A stretch of 43,377 bases of DNA from an uncultured Eubacteriales bacterium. Its GTDB lineage: Bacteria > Bacillota > Sulfobacillia > Fermentithermobacillales > Fermentithermobacillaceae. The stretch lies in NCBI GenBank assembly GCA_964414105.1, contig CAYPVF010000001.1:1-43377 (forward strand), read 5' to 3'. A model generated the notes under the pieces. That model was not told where the DNA came from and did not search any database. It saw nothing but the letters and a program-made list of their open reading frames with translations. This document shows positions 1-9,036 of this stretch, piece by piece (position 1 is the stretch's first letter; every line of letters begins with the position of its first letter). The position numbers and the translations under genes are program-made.

Positions 1-1
1 C

Positions 2-754
2 TTGGAAGGGGACATAAGTGTTCCCGCAGGCCGGTCGCCCCTGATTCTGACTTTCGACGACTCAACTTCAGGACAACTAAAGACCACAGACCAAGACGGA
101 GTCGTAGTTGCGGATCCGGATTGCGCCGTCGGTATGCTTTTGGAGTTTTCCCAAAGGCACCCCGAATTTGGTCACGCGGCGACGTTCTACATAAACTTTC
201 CCGCTCCTTTTAGAGATTCAGCCCGGGTCAAACAAAACTTGGGTTTCCTTTTGGAAAACGGAATGGAAATAGGTAACCATACATACAACCACAAAAACTT
301 TGACGGCGCGTCCCCCGATGTTGTTGCAAAAGAAATCGGTAGTTTGGCAAATGAGGTTAGAAAACTGTGCAATTACGACACCAAAACCTTGGCCTTACCT
401 TACGGAGGTTATCCCAAGTCCAAGGAAAACTTGGGTTTTGGTGAGTGGGAGGGGCAACAGTACGTCAATTTGGGAGTATTGCTAGTGGGGGCGGAACCCG
501 CGGCGTCACCTTTTTCCACGAATCTTAACCCCATGGCCATCCCCAGGATTCGCGGTTCACAGGAAGAGCTCGACAAGTGGCTTGGTTACTTTGAACGTTA
601 CCCCGAAAGGCGGTTTGTATCGGATGGCAACGAGAGCGTCATAACCATTACAGGCGATCCTGAAGCTTATCAGAATCCGGAACTAAACCCCGATAAGGTT
701 GGGGAAAGACAGATAGTCATCTACCAATTGCCGGAGTTGTCCAAGACAGACTAA
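2..754 (+). CDS. Polysaccharide deacetylase (NodB-homology) family protein; frame open to the window edge, probably 5'-truncated
   Basis: ORF track 2..754. Translation has LTFDDS (NodB motif-1-like) and GNHTYNH (His metal motif). No upstream stop inside the window. Confidence 0.6.
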   Translation: MEGDISVPAGRSPLILTFDDSTSGQLKTTDQDGVVVADPDCAVGMLLEFSQRHPEFGHAATFYINFPAPFRDSARVKQNLGFLLENGMEIGNHTYNHKNFDGASPDVVAKEIGSLANEVRKLCNYDTKTLALPYGGYPKSKENLGFGEWEGQQYVNLGVLLVGAEPAASPFSTNLNPMAIPRIRGSQEELDKWLGYFERYPERRFVSDGNESVITITGDPEAYQNPELNPDKVGERQIVIYQLPELSKTD

Positions 755-764
755 GTCCGCTCAG

Positions 765-1478
765 TTACCGGCCAAGCACTTCTTGAGCCAGTTGAGTTTG
801 AAGCAGTACCGTGCCGTCTTTTACTACACGCATGCTGTCGCCTGACACTTCATCTATTATCATCACTTGGCCATCCACTTTGCCGAATTCATATTTAATA
901 TCAACGAGTTCCAAATCTTTTTCCGCCAAATGGTGTTTCAGTATCTCGGTGGCCTTACGAGCCGCGTTCTTCATGTAGTCGATTTCATCCTGACTTGCTA
1001 TCCTAAGCGCTACTAGGGCCTCTTGGCTTATGGGCGGGTCGCCTCTTTCGTCATCTTTTATCGTAAATTCAACTAGAGAGGGCAGAGCGGCCCCTTGGGA
1101 TATGTACTTGCCAAAACGACGCACAAAACTCCCCCAAGCTTTTTCCCTACAGATAACTTCCAGATCGAAAGAATCCGCACGCTTCACCAACAAGGTGTTG
1201 GGCTCAGGTCCTTCTTTTACAAAGTGGGTAGGCAATCCGGCTTTGGAAAGGAGATTGAAGAAATGAACAGTAAGGCGCAAAGAAGCATTGCCTTTACCGC
1301 TGACCTCGCCGATAACGGTGTTGGCGCCCGAATCTACAACCGTTCCTGTTCCTGTTACCGTGTTCTTGAACTTGAGTAAAACTAGGCCGTCATCCCGCAA
1401 GAAAACATCCTTAGTTTTTCCGCTGTAGATTTTAATCAAATTAATGCCTCCCCGATTTGATCCACGCAAAACATCCAT
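765..1478 (-). CDS. purC: Phosphoribosylaminoimidazole-succinocarboxamide (SAICAR) synthase
   Basis: 237 aa. IYSGKTKDVF, LEVICREKAWGSFVRR and LVDIKYEFG...DEVSGDSMRV follow the conserved PurC block pattern, and the length is typical. Confidence 0.9.
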   Translation of the reverse strand: MDVLRGSNRGGINLIKIYSGKTKDVFLRDDGLVLLKFKNTVTGTGTVVDSGANTVIGEVSGKGNASLRLTVHFFNLLSKAGLPTHFVKEGPEPNTLLVKRADSFDLEVICREKAWGSFVRRFGKYISQGAALPSLVEFTIKDDERGDPPISQEALVALRIASQDEIDYMKNAARKATEILKHHLAEKDLELVDIKYEFGKVDGQVMIIDEVSGDSMRVVKDGTVLLQTQLAQEVLGR

Positions 1479-1588
1479 AGTGGTTATTATATTAGTTTCT
1501 TCCCATAAGGAGGAACCCCAAATGCTCGCAGGGAACTGTTTTTGGGCATGAAATTTGCGAACTAAAGAACCGAAAAGGGGTTATTGCC

Positions 1589-2857
1589 TTGCCTAGACTA
1601 GCCATGGATCCTAAAAAAGCTATGGATTTTCTGAGAAAGATCGCTTTTACTCGCCTTGGCGGGTCGCCGGAGGAGGAAAAGGCGGCACAAATAATAAGCC
1701 AAGAACTCGAAAGCATGGGCCTGAAACCGGAGATCCAAGAATTCGAAATGTGGACTTATGATAACGCTGAAGCCAAGGTTCAAGTGCTGGAGCCGTACAG
1801 GGCCGAATATGTGGCGTCTGCTGTAGGGCTTTCGGGCTCGACGCCAAAAGACGGCATAGAAGCCACCCTAAAATATGTGGAAACAGGGCAACCCGAATTC
1901 CTTCACGGTATAGACGGCGCCATTACATTGGCCACAGGTAACGGCGGCGCCAAAGGGTACGAAAGGGCCAAGAAAAAAGGGGTAGTGGGAAGGCTCATTA
2001 TAGGAGGGGCAGGTAGGCAGCTGATCAACATTGCGACGAATTCTTTCCAGTTTGAAAGGTTCGGCAAGCTTCCCACGGCTTATGTAGAATACGAAGATGC
2101 CTTAGAAATGTTAACACGCAAAGCGACAAAGGTGCGTATGTTTTTGTCCCAAGACGAGTTTAAGGCAAATTCCAGAAACGTAGTGGTAGATATTCCGGGA
2201 ACGGAAGACCCGGAGGACATTATCCTTGTTGGCGCCCATTTCGACAGCGTCATAAAGAATCAAGGCGCCCATGATAATGGGGCGGGCTCAGTCACCATTA
2301 TGGAAATGGCCAGGTATTTCAGCCAGCGGCCTGCCAAAAGAACCCTTCGTTTTGTATGGTTTGGCAGCGAGGAGTTTGGGCTCAAGGGCTCTTGGGCGTA
2401 TATCGAAAGGTACAAAGATCAATTGGATCGCCACTTGTTTATGGTTAACGTTGATGTGGCAGGAGGGATTGTAGGCCAAAACGGTGCTTCAGTTATGGGT
2501 TCTGATAAGCTGCTCAACTACCTTGAGATCATGGGTAAGGAATTTGGCGTCGGCCTAACCCCACGCCAATCAATATACTCGGGCGACTGCATCCCTTTGG
2601 GGCACAAAGGCGTGCCTTCGGTGACCTTCATGAGATCAGGTGGGGGCAGCACCTATATCCACTCGCCTGGGGACACCATCGAACATATAGACGGGGAGCA
2701 TTTGGCAATGCTCGGGGATTTGGTGCTATCGTTCACCAGTAGGATCGCGAACGCGGGGCAATTCCCCTTCGGTAAAGATATTCCCGAGAGTATCAAAAAG
2801 TCTACACGGGACTACATTGAGAATTCAGGGAAAGAGATAAGCGGCAGCAACAAGTAG
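1589..2857 (+). CDS. M28 family metallo-aminopeptidase
   Basis: 422 aa. VGAHFDSV...HDNGAGS...FVWFGSEEFGLKGS...VNVDVAGG are the M28 zinc-ligand blocks. TTG start at 1589 lies about 7 nt after AAAAGGGG; an alternative ATG is at 1604. Confidence 0.8.
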   Translation: MPRLAMDPKKAMDFLRKIAFTRLGGSPEEEKAAQIISQELESMGLKPEIQEFEMWTYDNAEAKVQVLEPYRAEYVASAVGLSGSTPKDGIEATLKYVETGQPEFLHGIDGAITLATGNGGAKGYERAKKKGVVGRLIIGGAGRQLINIATNSFQFERFGKLPTAYVEYEDALEMLTRKATKVRMFLSQDEFKANSRNVVVDIPGTEDPEDIILVGAHFDSVIKNQGAHDNGAGSVTIMEMARYFSQRPAKRTLRFVWFGSEEFGLKGSWAYIERYKDQLDRHLFMVNVDVAGGIVGQNGASVMGSDKLLNYLEIMGKEFGVGLTPRQSIYSGDCIPLGHKGVPSVTFMRSGGGSTYIHSPGDTIEHIDGEHLAMLGDLVLSFTSRIANAGQFPFGKDIPESIKKSTRDYIENSGKEISGSNK

Positions 2858-2866
2858 CCTAAAACG

Positions 2867-2908
2867 TATCGAATACCGCAGAACTGTATGTATCTGCGGT
2901 ATTCGATA
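2867..2908. terminator. Strong hairpin between convergent genes (M28 peptidase / pmbA)
   Basis: Perfect 16-bp stem tatcgaataccgcaga / tctgcggtattcgata with a 10-nt loop. A TTTT run follows it on the minus-strand transcript (acgtttt); only a weak T tract follows on plus. Confidence 0.55.
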
Positions 2909-2936
2909 TTATCCTTAGCGTACCCATGATGGGAAG

Positions 2937-4238
2937 CTATTTCCCGGAAATTGTAATGCCTGGAACCGAAATCCAAGGCAAAACTGCCATGCCGAAATTC
3001 ACGCGCTCTTTAGATACGGAAGTTATATTACGCAGCATTTCGGCCAAATTCCCGGATATCATGGCCTCACTTACGGGATGTTTTATCTCTCCATCTTGAA
3101 TAAGGTAGCTGTTTTTGGCAACCCCCGAGAAATCCCCGCTGTCGCTGGGCATTCCCCCGGAAAACCTGGTCACCAGAAGTCCTTTTTTAACAGAGCGGAC
3201 CATCTCCCGATAATCGGTTTCTCCGGGTTCTACAACAATTGCGCCTCCTGCGTTAACCGCTTTGGGCCTGCCTGTTTTTTTGGACCCGTAGAGGCCCAAG
3301 AGCAGCCCTTTTAATTCGCCTTTTTCGACTATGGTGCTGTTTTGAGCGGCGTAGCCGTCGGGGGTTACGAAATATCCGGCTGAAATCTCGGGGGAGACGG
3401 GCATGGAACGGAGAGTTAGAAGCGGGCTTGCTATGGCTTGGCCTACTTTGTCTTTGTACAGGCTTGTCTCGGAAATCACTGAGCGATCACCCAGGGAGTC
3501 CAACAAAAACCCGAGCATCAAGTCAGAACACAGTGGCGTGATAATCACATGGCCCACGAATTTTCCCTGGAATGGATTTGTGTATATCTGCTCACTCGAC
3601 TGCTCCAACAATGTGTCAAGAGAACCATATTCCATCAGGTTTCTGTCAAGGTCCCTGGTGGAAAACCCCGTATAGTTGAAAGATGAAACCTGCTCGCCCT
3701 CTTTGGAGGAGAACACTGCCATGCAGTTATATGCGCCGGAACGCGTGGTAAAATCCACACCGTTGGAGTTAAGGAAGTACCCTGTTGTATGACCAAAATC
3801 TAATACTACTTGGCGCAAGACTGCCTTTGGATATTTAGTTGATGTTTCTCCCAGAAGCTCCTTCAACCGAAAATGCATTTTGGTAAGGTCGGGAGATTCG
3901 CTGCCGACAGTAAATGTCTCCGGGGGCTGATACTCTGAAATGTCGTTTGCCGGGTCAGGCTGTGACGAGACTGCAATATTTACGGCCTCCCGTGCCGCGT
4001 TTTCAAGCGAAGCCGTATCCGATTTGTTGGTAACAGTGCTTCCTTTTCTGCCGCCTTTTATGGCCGTAAGCCCGCACCAAGTATCAAAAGTGGTTCTTAA
4101 AAGGCTCAGCTCTCCTTGGTCTACGTTCATTTCGTGCTTGTCGGTAAAACTGACACTCACCTGGGCCTTGTCTGCGCCTGCTTCCAACAGGGCCAGAAGC
4201 CCTTGTAAGGCCACATGTTTCATATCTTTCATAATCAT
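2937..4238 (-). CDS. pmbA: TldE/PmbA family metalloprotease subunit
   Basis: 433 aa with typical PmbA length and C-terminal TldD/PmbA-fold blocks (GGMPSDSGDFSG, AKNSYLIQDGE). The start overlaps the tldD stop by 4 nt (ATGA coupling). Confidence 0.8.
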   Translation of the reverse strand: MIMKDMKHVALQGLLALLEAGADKAQVSVSFTDKHEMNVDQGELSLLRTTFDTWCGLTAIKGGRKGSTVTNKSDTASLENAAREAVNIAVSSQPDPANDISEYQPPETFTVGSESPDLTKMHFRLKELLGETSTKYPKAVLRQVVLDFGHTTGYFLNSNGVDFTTRSGAYNCMAVFSSKEGEQVSSFNYTGFSTRDLDRNLMEYGSLDTLLEQSSEQIYTNPFQGKFVGHVIITPLCSDLMLGFLLDSLGDRSVISETSLYKDKVGQAIASPLLTLRSMPVSPEISAGYFVTPDGYAAQNSTIVEKGELKGLLLGLYGSKKTGRPKAVNAGGAIVVEPGETDYREMVRSVKKGLLVTRFSGGMPSDSGDFSGVAKNSYLIQDGEIKHPVSEAMISGNLAEMLRNITSVSKERVNFGMAVLPWISVPGITISGK

Positions 4239-5614
4239 CTGCCCCCTATACTAACGACGCACTTAATGGCCGGTCCGCCCATTCCCACCGGAATTGCTTG
4301 CTTTTTGCCGCACATCCCCGCGGAAAGCCACTTCATATCTTTTGAAACCATTGTGACTGTTTTCAAGACGTCGAAGGCTACTCCTGAAATGGTAGTGTCC
4401 TTTATGGCTTTGCCAAGTTTTCCGTTTTTGATTTCGTAGCCGAGTGTTATGCCGAACATAAACTCGCTTGTGGAGTCGGCCTGGCCGTTGCCGGGTTTTA
4501 TCAGATAGTAACCGTCTTCTACCGAGGCGATCATTTCCTCAATGCTATGCTCGCCGGGTAAAATGGCAGTGTTCCTCATACGAATAAGGGGTTCATCGGA
4601 AAACGCGAATGCCCGGGCGTTGCCTTTTGGCGTTACCCCAAAGTGGGCTGCGGTTTCTTTGTTGTGCATGAAAGATTTTAGCACGCCTTCTTCAATAACC
4701 ACGACATCTTGAGCTTTTACACCCTCGTCGTCAACGTAAACGGGGACGGGGCACGGTGAGCCCAAACAAGTGTTGGCGTAATCACAAAGGGTAACCAGGG
4801 GGCTGGCGCATTCTTTACCCAACAGTGGACCCGCCACAGAATCTCCCATGACCAGGTCCGCCTCAGTGGTGTGGCCTATGGCTTCATGTGCCAAAATGCC
4901 CGCCAGTTCCGCATCTAAAACGCAGGTGTGAACGCCGGCATTGGCGTGAACTCCTCGGGCCTTTTCCATCAAATGGCGATATTGTTGCTCGATTCTCTCA
5001 AACAGCTCTTCCGGGGCCATAATGGCGTCCTCAAAATGACCCAACCCGCCATAGGATTGATAAACATCCACAGGCTGCCCTTGTGTTTCGGTGTTTAGAG
5101 AGATCGACACAAAAGACCTGGGTATGAGCGAATGGGAGTACGAGCCGTCTGATGTGATTAAGGCCTTTTCCATGTCTAAACAACTTAGACTCACGGTGCG
5201 ACTAGACAAGCCATGATAGGTTTTTGCTATGTGGTCGTCGATGTTTTTGGTAAAATCCATGAGATGGTTTTGGGACAACCGGGGTTTTTTGGTCCCAAGG
5301 TTATTTCGAGATGACACCTCATCGCCGGTTAACGGGGTTTTACCTTTGGATTCCCTGGCATCCAAAAAGGATGCGTTTTCTGCGGCCGCGGTTATGACTG
5401 ACTTTATGGCTTCATCAGTGGGCTCGGGGTTTGACGCAAATCCCCAGGAGCCTCCGGCGTACGCTCTTGACGATACGCCTCCCACCGTAGCCTTTCGGTT
5501 GGCTGTGTTGTTTCCTTTTACGAAACTTATCTGGACTGTTCTGTTTTCCTGCGCCCTTAATTCCGAATAAGGCGTAAGAAACTTCAGGTATTTGCCAAGA
5601 TCCATAAGAACCAT
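4235..5614 (-). CDS. tldD: TldD family metalloprotease
   Basis: HEAIGHTTEADL (HExxxH zinc motif of TldD) and GNGQADSTSEF. I moved the start to ATG 5614 (MVLMDLGKY), which lies 8 nt after AAGGGAG. The ORF-track TTG at 5692 adds a basic 26-aa extension with no SD. Confidence 0.85.
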   Translation of the reverse strand: MVLMDLGKYLKFLTPYSELRAQENRTVQISFVKGNNTANRKATVGGVSSRAYAGGSWGFASNPEPTDEAIKSVITAAAENASFLDARESKGKTPLTGDEVSSRNNLGTKKPRLSQNHLMDFTKNIDDHIAKTYHGLSSRTVSLSCLDMEKALITSDGSYSHSLIPRSFVSISLNTETQGQPVDVYQSYGGLGHFEDAIMAPEELFERIEQQYRHLMEKARGVHANAGVHTCVLDAELAGILAHEAIGHTTEADLVMGDSVAGPLLGKECASPLVTLCDYANTCLGSPCPVPVYVDDEGVKAQDVVVIEEGVLKSFMHNKETAAHFGVTPKGNARAFAFSDEPLIRMRNTAILPGEHSIEEMIASVEDGYYLIKPGNGQADSTSEFMFGITLGYEIKNGKLGKAIKDTTISGVAFDVLKTVTMVSKDMKWLSAGMCGKKQAIPVGMGGPAIKCVVSIGGR

Positions 5615-5706
5615 GCCTGCCACTCCCTTGCGTTTCCTGTTCCGTTCAATTCGTCGAATGTCTTGCGGGTTCCTTTTTGGGCGTGGCGGCAAAAGGCGGG
5701 GTGGGG

Positions 5707-6222
5707 CTATCGGTTCGCCCTTTTTAGAGCAAGCTCCACAGCCTCTTTAGGGGTGGAAGCGTAATCAATTTTCACTGTCCGACGCTCATCCAAAAACATA
5801 CCCTCGAACGCGAAGGGCCGAATTCTAGCGGCCAAACCCCCGGAAGGCTCCATCACAACGATAGGTTTATTGTTTAGATAGGCAGCAGAAAGCTCGCCCA
5901 AGGTTCCATTTCCGCCGGCTATCACAATAATCGCGTCAGACGAATGAACAAGTATGAGGCTTCTGTAATCAAAAGAAAGACCTGTGTTTATCGGTATGTC
6001 GATGTATGGGTTGCCCATATCCAAAGTATCCCCGGGCAGGATCCCTACTACAATACTCCCGCCTTCCTGCGCGCCCTTAGAGGCGCGTTCCATGATTCCG
6101 TCGGTGCCTCCGCTAAGAAGAATGGCCCCTTTTGCGGCGATTTCTTTACCCACATCTTCTGCCAATTGCCCGAGTTGGGCGTCTACTTTACCTGATTGGC
6201 CAATTATGCCCAGTCGTATCAA
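5707..6222 (-). CDS. LOG / TIGR00725-like Rossmann-fold protein (lysine-decarboxylase-like family)
   Basis: 171 aa. SGGTDGIMERASKGA and AGGNGTLGEL (PGGxGTxxE-like LOG motif). TTG start 6 nt after GGAGGG. Confidence 0.7.
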   Translation of the reverse strand: MIRLGIIGQSGKVDAQLGQLAEDVGKEIAAKGAILLSGGTDGIMERASKGAQEGGSIVVGILPGDTLDMGNPYIDIPINTGLSFDYRSLILVHSSDAIIVIAGGNGTLGELSAAYLNNKPIVVMEPSGGLAARIRPFAFEGMFLDERRTVKIDYASTPKEAVELALKRANR

Positions 6223-6280
6223 CCATATCCCTCCAACATTTTTGTTTGTTTATATTACTACGAAGTGCATAATTGTGTTT

Positions 6281-6940
6281 CTACGGTTTATTCTTGTGCC
6301 CGTACGCGCCGGTCCTTATAATTTCGGCTTCGGCATTAGGGATAGTGGAATAATCACCCGCAAGTTTTGCCAAATACGCAATTTGCGCCCCTTCTTCTAG
6401 ATAAATAGCGCACGTCAGCGCTTCTTCCACTGTTTGGCCCAAGCAAAGGGCGCCGTGGTTTTGCAGCAACAGTGCCATTTTTGAAGAACCCAGAAATGTC
6501 ACCGCATCGCTGCCAAGTTTCGGGCTTCCGGGCAAACTGAAAGGGACAACGGGAACAGGCCCGTATATAGCCAAGGGTACGGTGATTACGGGAATTTCTT
6601 GGACCAAGGCTGAAAGAACAGTTGCGTAAACCGCATGAGTATGAATTAAGCCGTTAACATCGGGCCTGGCGCGGTATACGGCGGTATGTAATGGTGATTC
6701 CGATGAAGGTTCATGGTCTTTAGCACTGTAAACAACTTTGCCGTCAACATCTATAACCGGCAATTGTCCCGGATGCAGAGTTTCACACGGAACCCCGGTA
6801 GGCGTGATGACTATGAGACCGGTTTTTTGGTCACGAGCTGAAATGTTGCCCGATGTGGCTCTAATTAGGCCCGCACGGGCAGCTTTTTTTGCGGTTTCAA
6901 TGACCCTAACTTTAAGATCAGCGATGCATGGCGATTCCAA
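6281..6940 (-). CDS. Class II aldolase/adducin-family protein (fuculose-1-P aldolase / ribulose-5-P 4-epimerase-like)
   Basis: 219 aa. TSGNISARD and LIHTHAVYAT (His metal ligands) are typical of the family. TTG start. Confidence 0.8.
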   Translation of the reverse strand: MESPCIADLKVRVIETAKKAARAGLIRATSGNISARDQKTGLIVITPTGVPCETLHPGQLPVIDVDGKVVYSAKDHEPSSESPLHTAVYRARPDVNGLIHTHAVYATVLSALVQEIPVITVPLAIYGPVPVVPFSLPGSPKLGSDAVTFLGSSKMALLLQNHGALCLGQTVEEALTCAIYLEEGAQIAYLAKLAGDYSTIPNAEAEIIRTGAYGHKNKP

Positions 6941-6960
6941 GATCTCCGCACCTTCTTACG

Positions 6961-7776
6961 CTACGATTCCAACTTCGACATCAACACGTCCGCTACAGTT
7001 TTTATGGAATCAGTTTTATATTCCTCAATTTCACCTTTATCTCCCAGTGAACTGATTTCTGGGTCAAGGGGCAAAGCGCCAAGAAGGCTGATTCCCATGG
7101 ATTCGGCTATTTGGTGTGCCCTACTTGGGCCAAAAGGTTCGATTCTCTCTTGGCAGTTGGGACATTGCACCCATCCCATGTTTTCCACTAGCCCAAAAAT
7201 GGGTACGTTCATCATCTTGGCCATGTTGACTGCTTTCTTCACTACCATCTCGGCCAATTCCTGAGGGGTGGATACGATGACAACGCCGTCAAGTGGCAAA
7301 GATTGAAGCACGGTGAGGGGCACATCGCCTGTACCCGGGGGGAGGTCCACAAAAAGAAAATCCAGCTCTCCCCAAATCACATCACTCCAGAACTGTTTTA
7401 CGACGCCCGACACCAAAGGCCCGCGCCATATCACGGGGTCGTCTTCGTTGTCTAGAAGTAGATTCAAAGACATAATCTTGACACCGGTTTTGCTAGTTTG
7501 AGGAATCATTTTATCGCCTATGGCTTCCGGCAAGTTTTCTACACCGAAAAGCTTAGGTATGCTGGGTCCGGTGATGTCCGCATCCATTAGGCCTACTTTG
7601 TAGCCTTTTCTGACGAACTCGGATGCCAAAAGCGCGGAGACTGAGGATTTGCCCACTCCGCCTTTTCCGCTCATGATAGCTATTACTTTGCCAATGTTGC
7701 TGTCTTGGGGCTGCTTAAGCTTGGGTATACTCTCATTGCCGTTATTGCCGGATTGTGCATTGGGCAATTCATTCAT
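6961..7776 (-). CDS. Mrp/NBP35 family Fe-S cluster carrier ATPase
   Basis: Deviant Walker A SGKGGVGKSS, DLPPGTGD, and the C-terminal CPNCQERIEPFG motif. Confidence 0.85.
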   Translation of the reverse strand: MNELPNAQSGNNGNESIPKLKQPQDSNIGKVIAIMSGKGGVGKSSVSALLASEFVRKGYKVGLMDADITGPSIPKLFGVENLPEAIGDKMIPQTSKTGVKIMSLNLLLDNEDDPVIWRGPLVSGVVKQFWSDVIWGELDFLFVDLPPGTGDVPLTVLQSLPLDGVVIVSTPQELAEMVVKKAVNMAKMMNVPIFGLVENMGWVQCPNCQERIEPFGPSRAHQIAESMGISLLGALPLDPEISSLGDKGEIEEYKTDSIKTVADVLMSKLES

Positions 7777-7789
7777 CTCCTAAAGCGGA

Positions 7790-8314
7790 TTATGGTGGAG
7801 AACCTCGTCGCGGGCCGCCTTGACGGCCGCCCCCTCCGCGGCCGCGGCGCCCTTGGCCTCCCATGCCCCTTCGGGCAGGGCCGTAGGGCGGCTCCAAAGG
7901 AACTTTGCGAAATACGTCTACGGTTTGGTTTCCACAAACAGGGCAGGTTGGGGACAAATCATCAGCCGCAGAATCTTGGCTTTCCCATTCGTGACGGCAG
8001 TGCCGGCACACGAAACCTCTTGGCGAAACCACGTAATTGCCGCCTTCTATTCGGATGGCATTACCTTGGACCAAGGCCGACGCCACTTTCGACCTGGCTT
8101 GTGCCAGTATCCTTTGAAAAGTGCTTTGCGCCAGATTCATCCTTACGGCACATTCTTCTTGCTCCAAACCCACAGAATCTTTTAGCCGCAGGGCTTCAAA
8201 CTCGTCAACTCCCAAACTGATTTCCTCCAGATCGGACATGGGAGACCCGGCCGGCTTAAAATATGTGACATTGGGGTAAAACTCAATCCATCTTGGCTTC
8301 GTGGGCCTAACCAT
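7790..8314 (-). CDS. DUF134 (UPF0251) putative DNA-binding protein with C-terminal zinc-ribbon and Arg/Gly-rich tail
   Basis: MVRPTKPRWIEFYPNVTYFKPAG is the DUF134 N-terminus. An HTH-like LEQEECAVRMNLAQSTFQRIL follows, then CRHC...CPVC, then RRGMGGQGRRGRGGGGRQGGPRRG. ATG 5 nt after GAGGTG. Confidence 0.8.
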   Translation of the reverse strand: MVRPTKPRWIEFYPNVTYFKPAGSPMSDLEEISLGVDEFEALRLKDSVGLEQEECAVRMNLAQSTFQRILAQARSKVASALVQGNAIRIEGGNYVVSPRGFVCRHCRHEWESQDSAADDLSPTCPVCGNQTVDVFRKVPLEPPYGPARRGMGGQGRRGRGGGGRQGGPRRGSPP

Positions 8315-8408
8315 AACGTCACCTCACAAAACCAGTGGAGCCGCCCGCAAAACCACCTTGATTTCGCGTTCAGCGGCGTCCACTGCTGTGCTCATACCTT
8401 ATCATAGC

Positions 8409-8780
8409 TTACTTTTCTTGGTCGTCGCCTTTTTTGTTCTTCTTTTCCTGAACTTTTTCAAGGGTATCCGACAATTCTTCAAGGCGTTCTTGAATGGCCG
8501 ACAACTGCGCTTTTAGGTAGTTGGATTCCTCTTCCAGTATTATCTCTTCGTCTTCAGGTTCTTGGTACCAATAGCCTGGCCCCGGGCCGTATCCATAACC
8601 CGCGCGGTATCCTAAACCCCGGCCGTACCGTCCCCTGCGTCCGATACCGGCGCCGTAACCGCCGCCAAACCGCCTGCTCCTAAGACCCCTTGAACCATAT
8701 CCACGTGGGGCGCAATAGCCCATTCCCCTTCCCGTGAGCGGCCCTTCTCCGTAGGGGCCTGATCCGTCTCTAAGTGGCAT
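8409..8780 (-). CDS. DUF5320 family protein (Gly/Arg/Tyr-rich N-terminal half, acidic coiled-coil C-terminal half)
   Basis: MPLRDGSGPYGEGPLTGRGMGYC matches the DUF5320 N-terminal signature as I recall it. Its position next to DUF134 and Mrp is the usual context for this family. Confidence 0.7.
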   Translation of the reverse strand: MPLRDGSGPYGEGPLTGRGMGYCAPRGYGSRGLRSRRFGGGYGAGIGRRGRYGRGLGYRAGYGYGPGPGYWYQEPEDEEIILEEESNYLKAQLSAIQERLEELSDTLEKVQEKKNKKGDDQEK

Positions 8781-8856
8781 TCATAATCCTCCCTTCCTTT
8801 ACATCGCGTTCCATGGTTTCATACCCATAAACCGGTTCTGGCATGCTAAGAAAACT

Positions 8857-8884
8857 TTGACACACCGATGTCGTCATTTAGTAT
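8857..8884 (+). promoter_or_regulatory. Candidate sigma-70-type promoter for pepF
   Basis: TTGACA (8857-8862), 16-nt spacer, TAGTAT (8879-8884), about 150 nt upstream of the pepF GTG. Confidence 0.35.
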
Positions 8885-9036
8885 GCGCAGCGGGTTATGG
8901 GTCTATACCCATATCTAATTGTATCGGGTTTTGAAGCAATGTCAACTACCTGCCGCAGTCTTTTGTGGAGGAATTTCCAAACCGTATACGAAATATTCCT
9001 GAAGGCTACAATTATGTCTGTTAGGAGGTCACACGC

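Noticed and set aside
1522-1551. 9-codon mini-ORF (MLAGNCFWA) with a perfect AAGGAGG-7 nt-ATG context upstream of the M28 peptidase
   Set aside because: It is too short to support as a gene, and only a weak 6-bp cccaaa/tttggg pairing lies nearby. It may be a leader peptide or a leftover start, but the sequence alone cannot show that.
7705-8220. Plus-strand ORFs of 171 and 121 aa rich in Arg/Gly/Pro/Ala
   Set aside because: They are antisense to the DUF134 gene. Their composition mirrors the GC-rich Arg/Gly tail coding region on the other strand.
8332-8392. Imperfect hairpin (cagtgga..gcc / ggcg.tccactg) in the DUF5320-DUF134 gap as an attenuator
   Set aside because: The stem is bulged, the loop is about 30 nt, and there is no U-tract. 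The evidence is insufficient.
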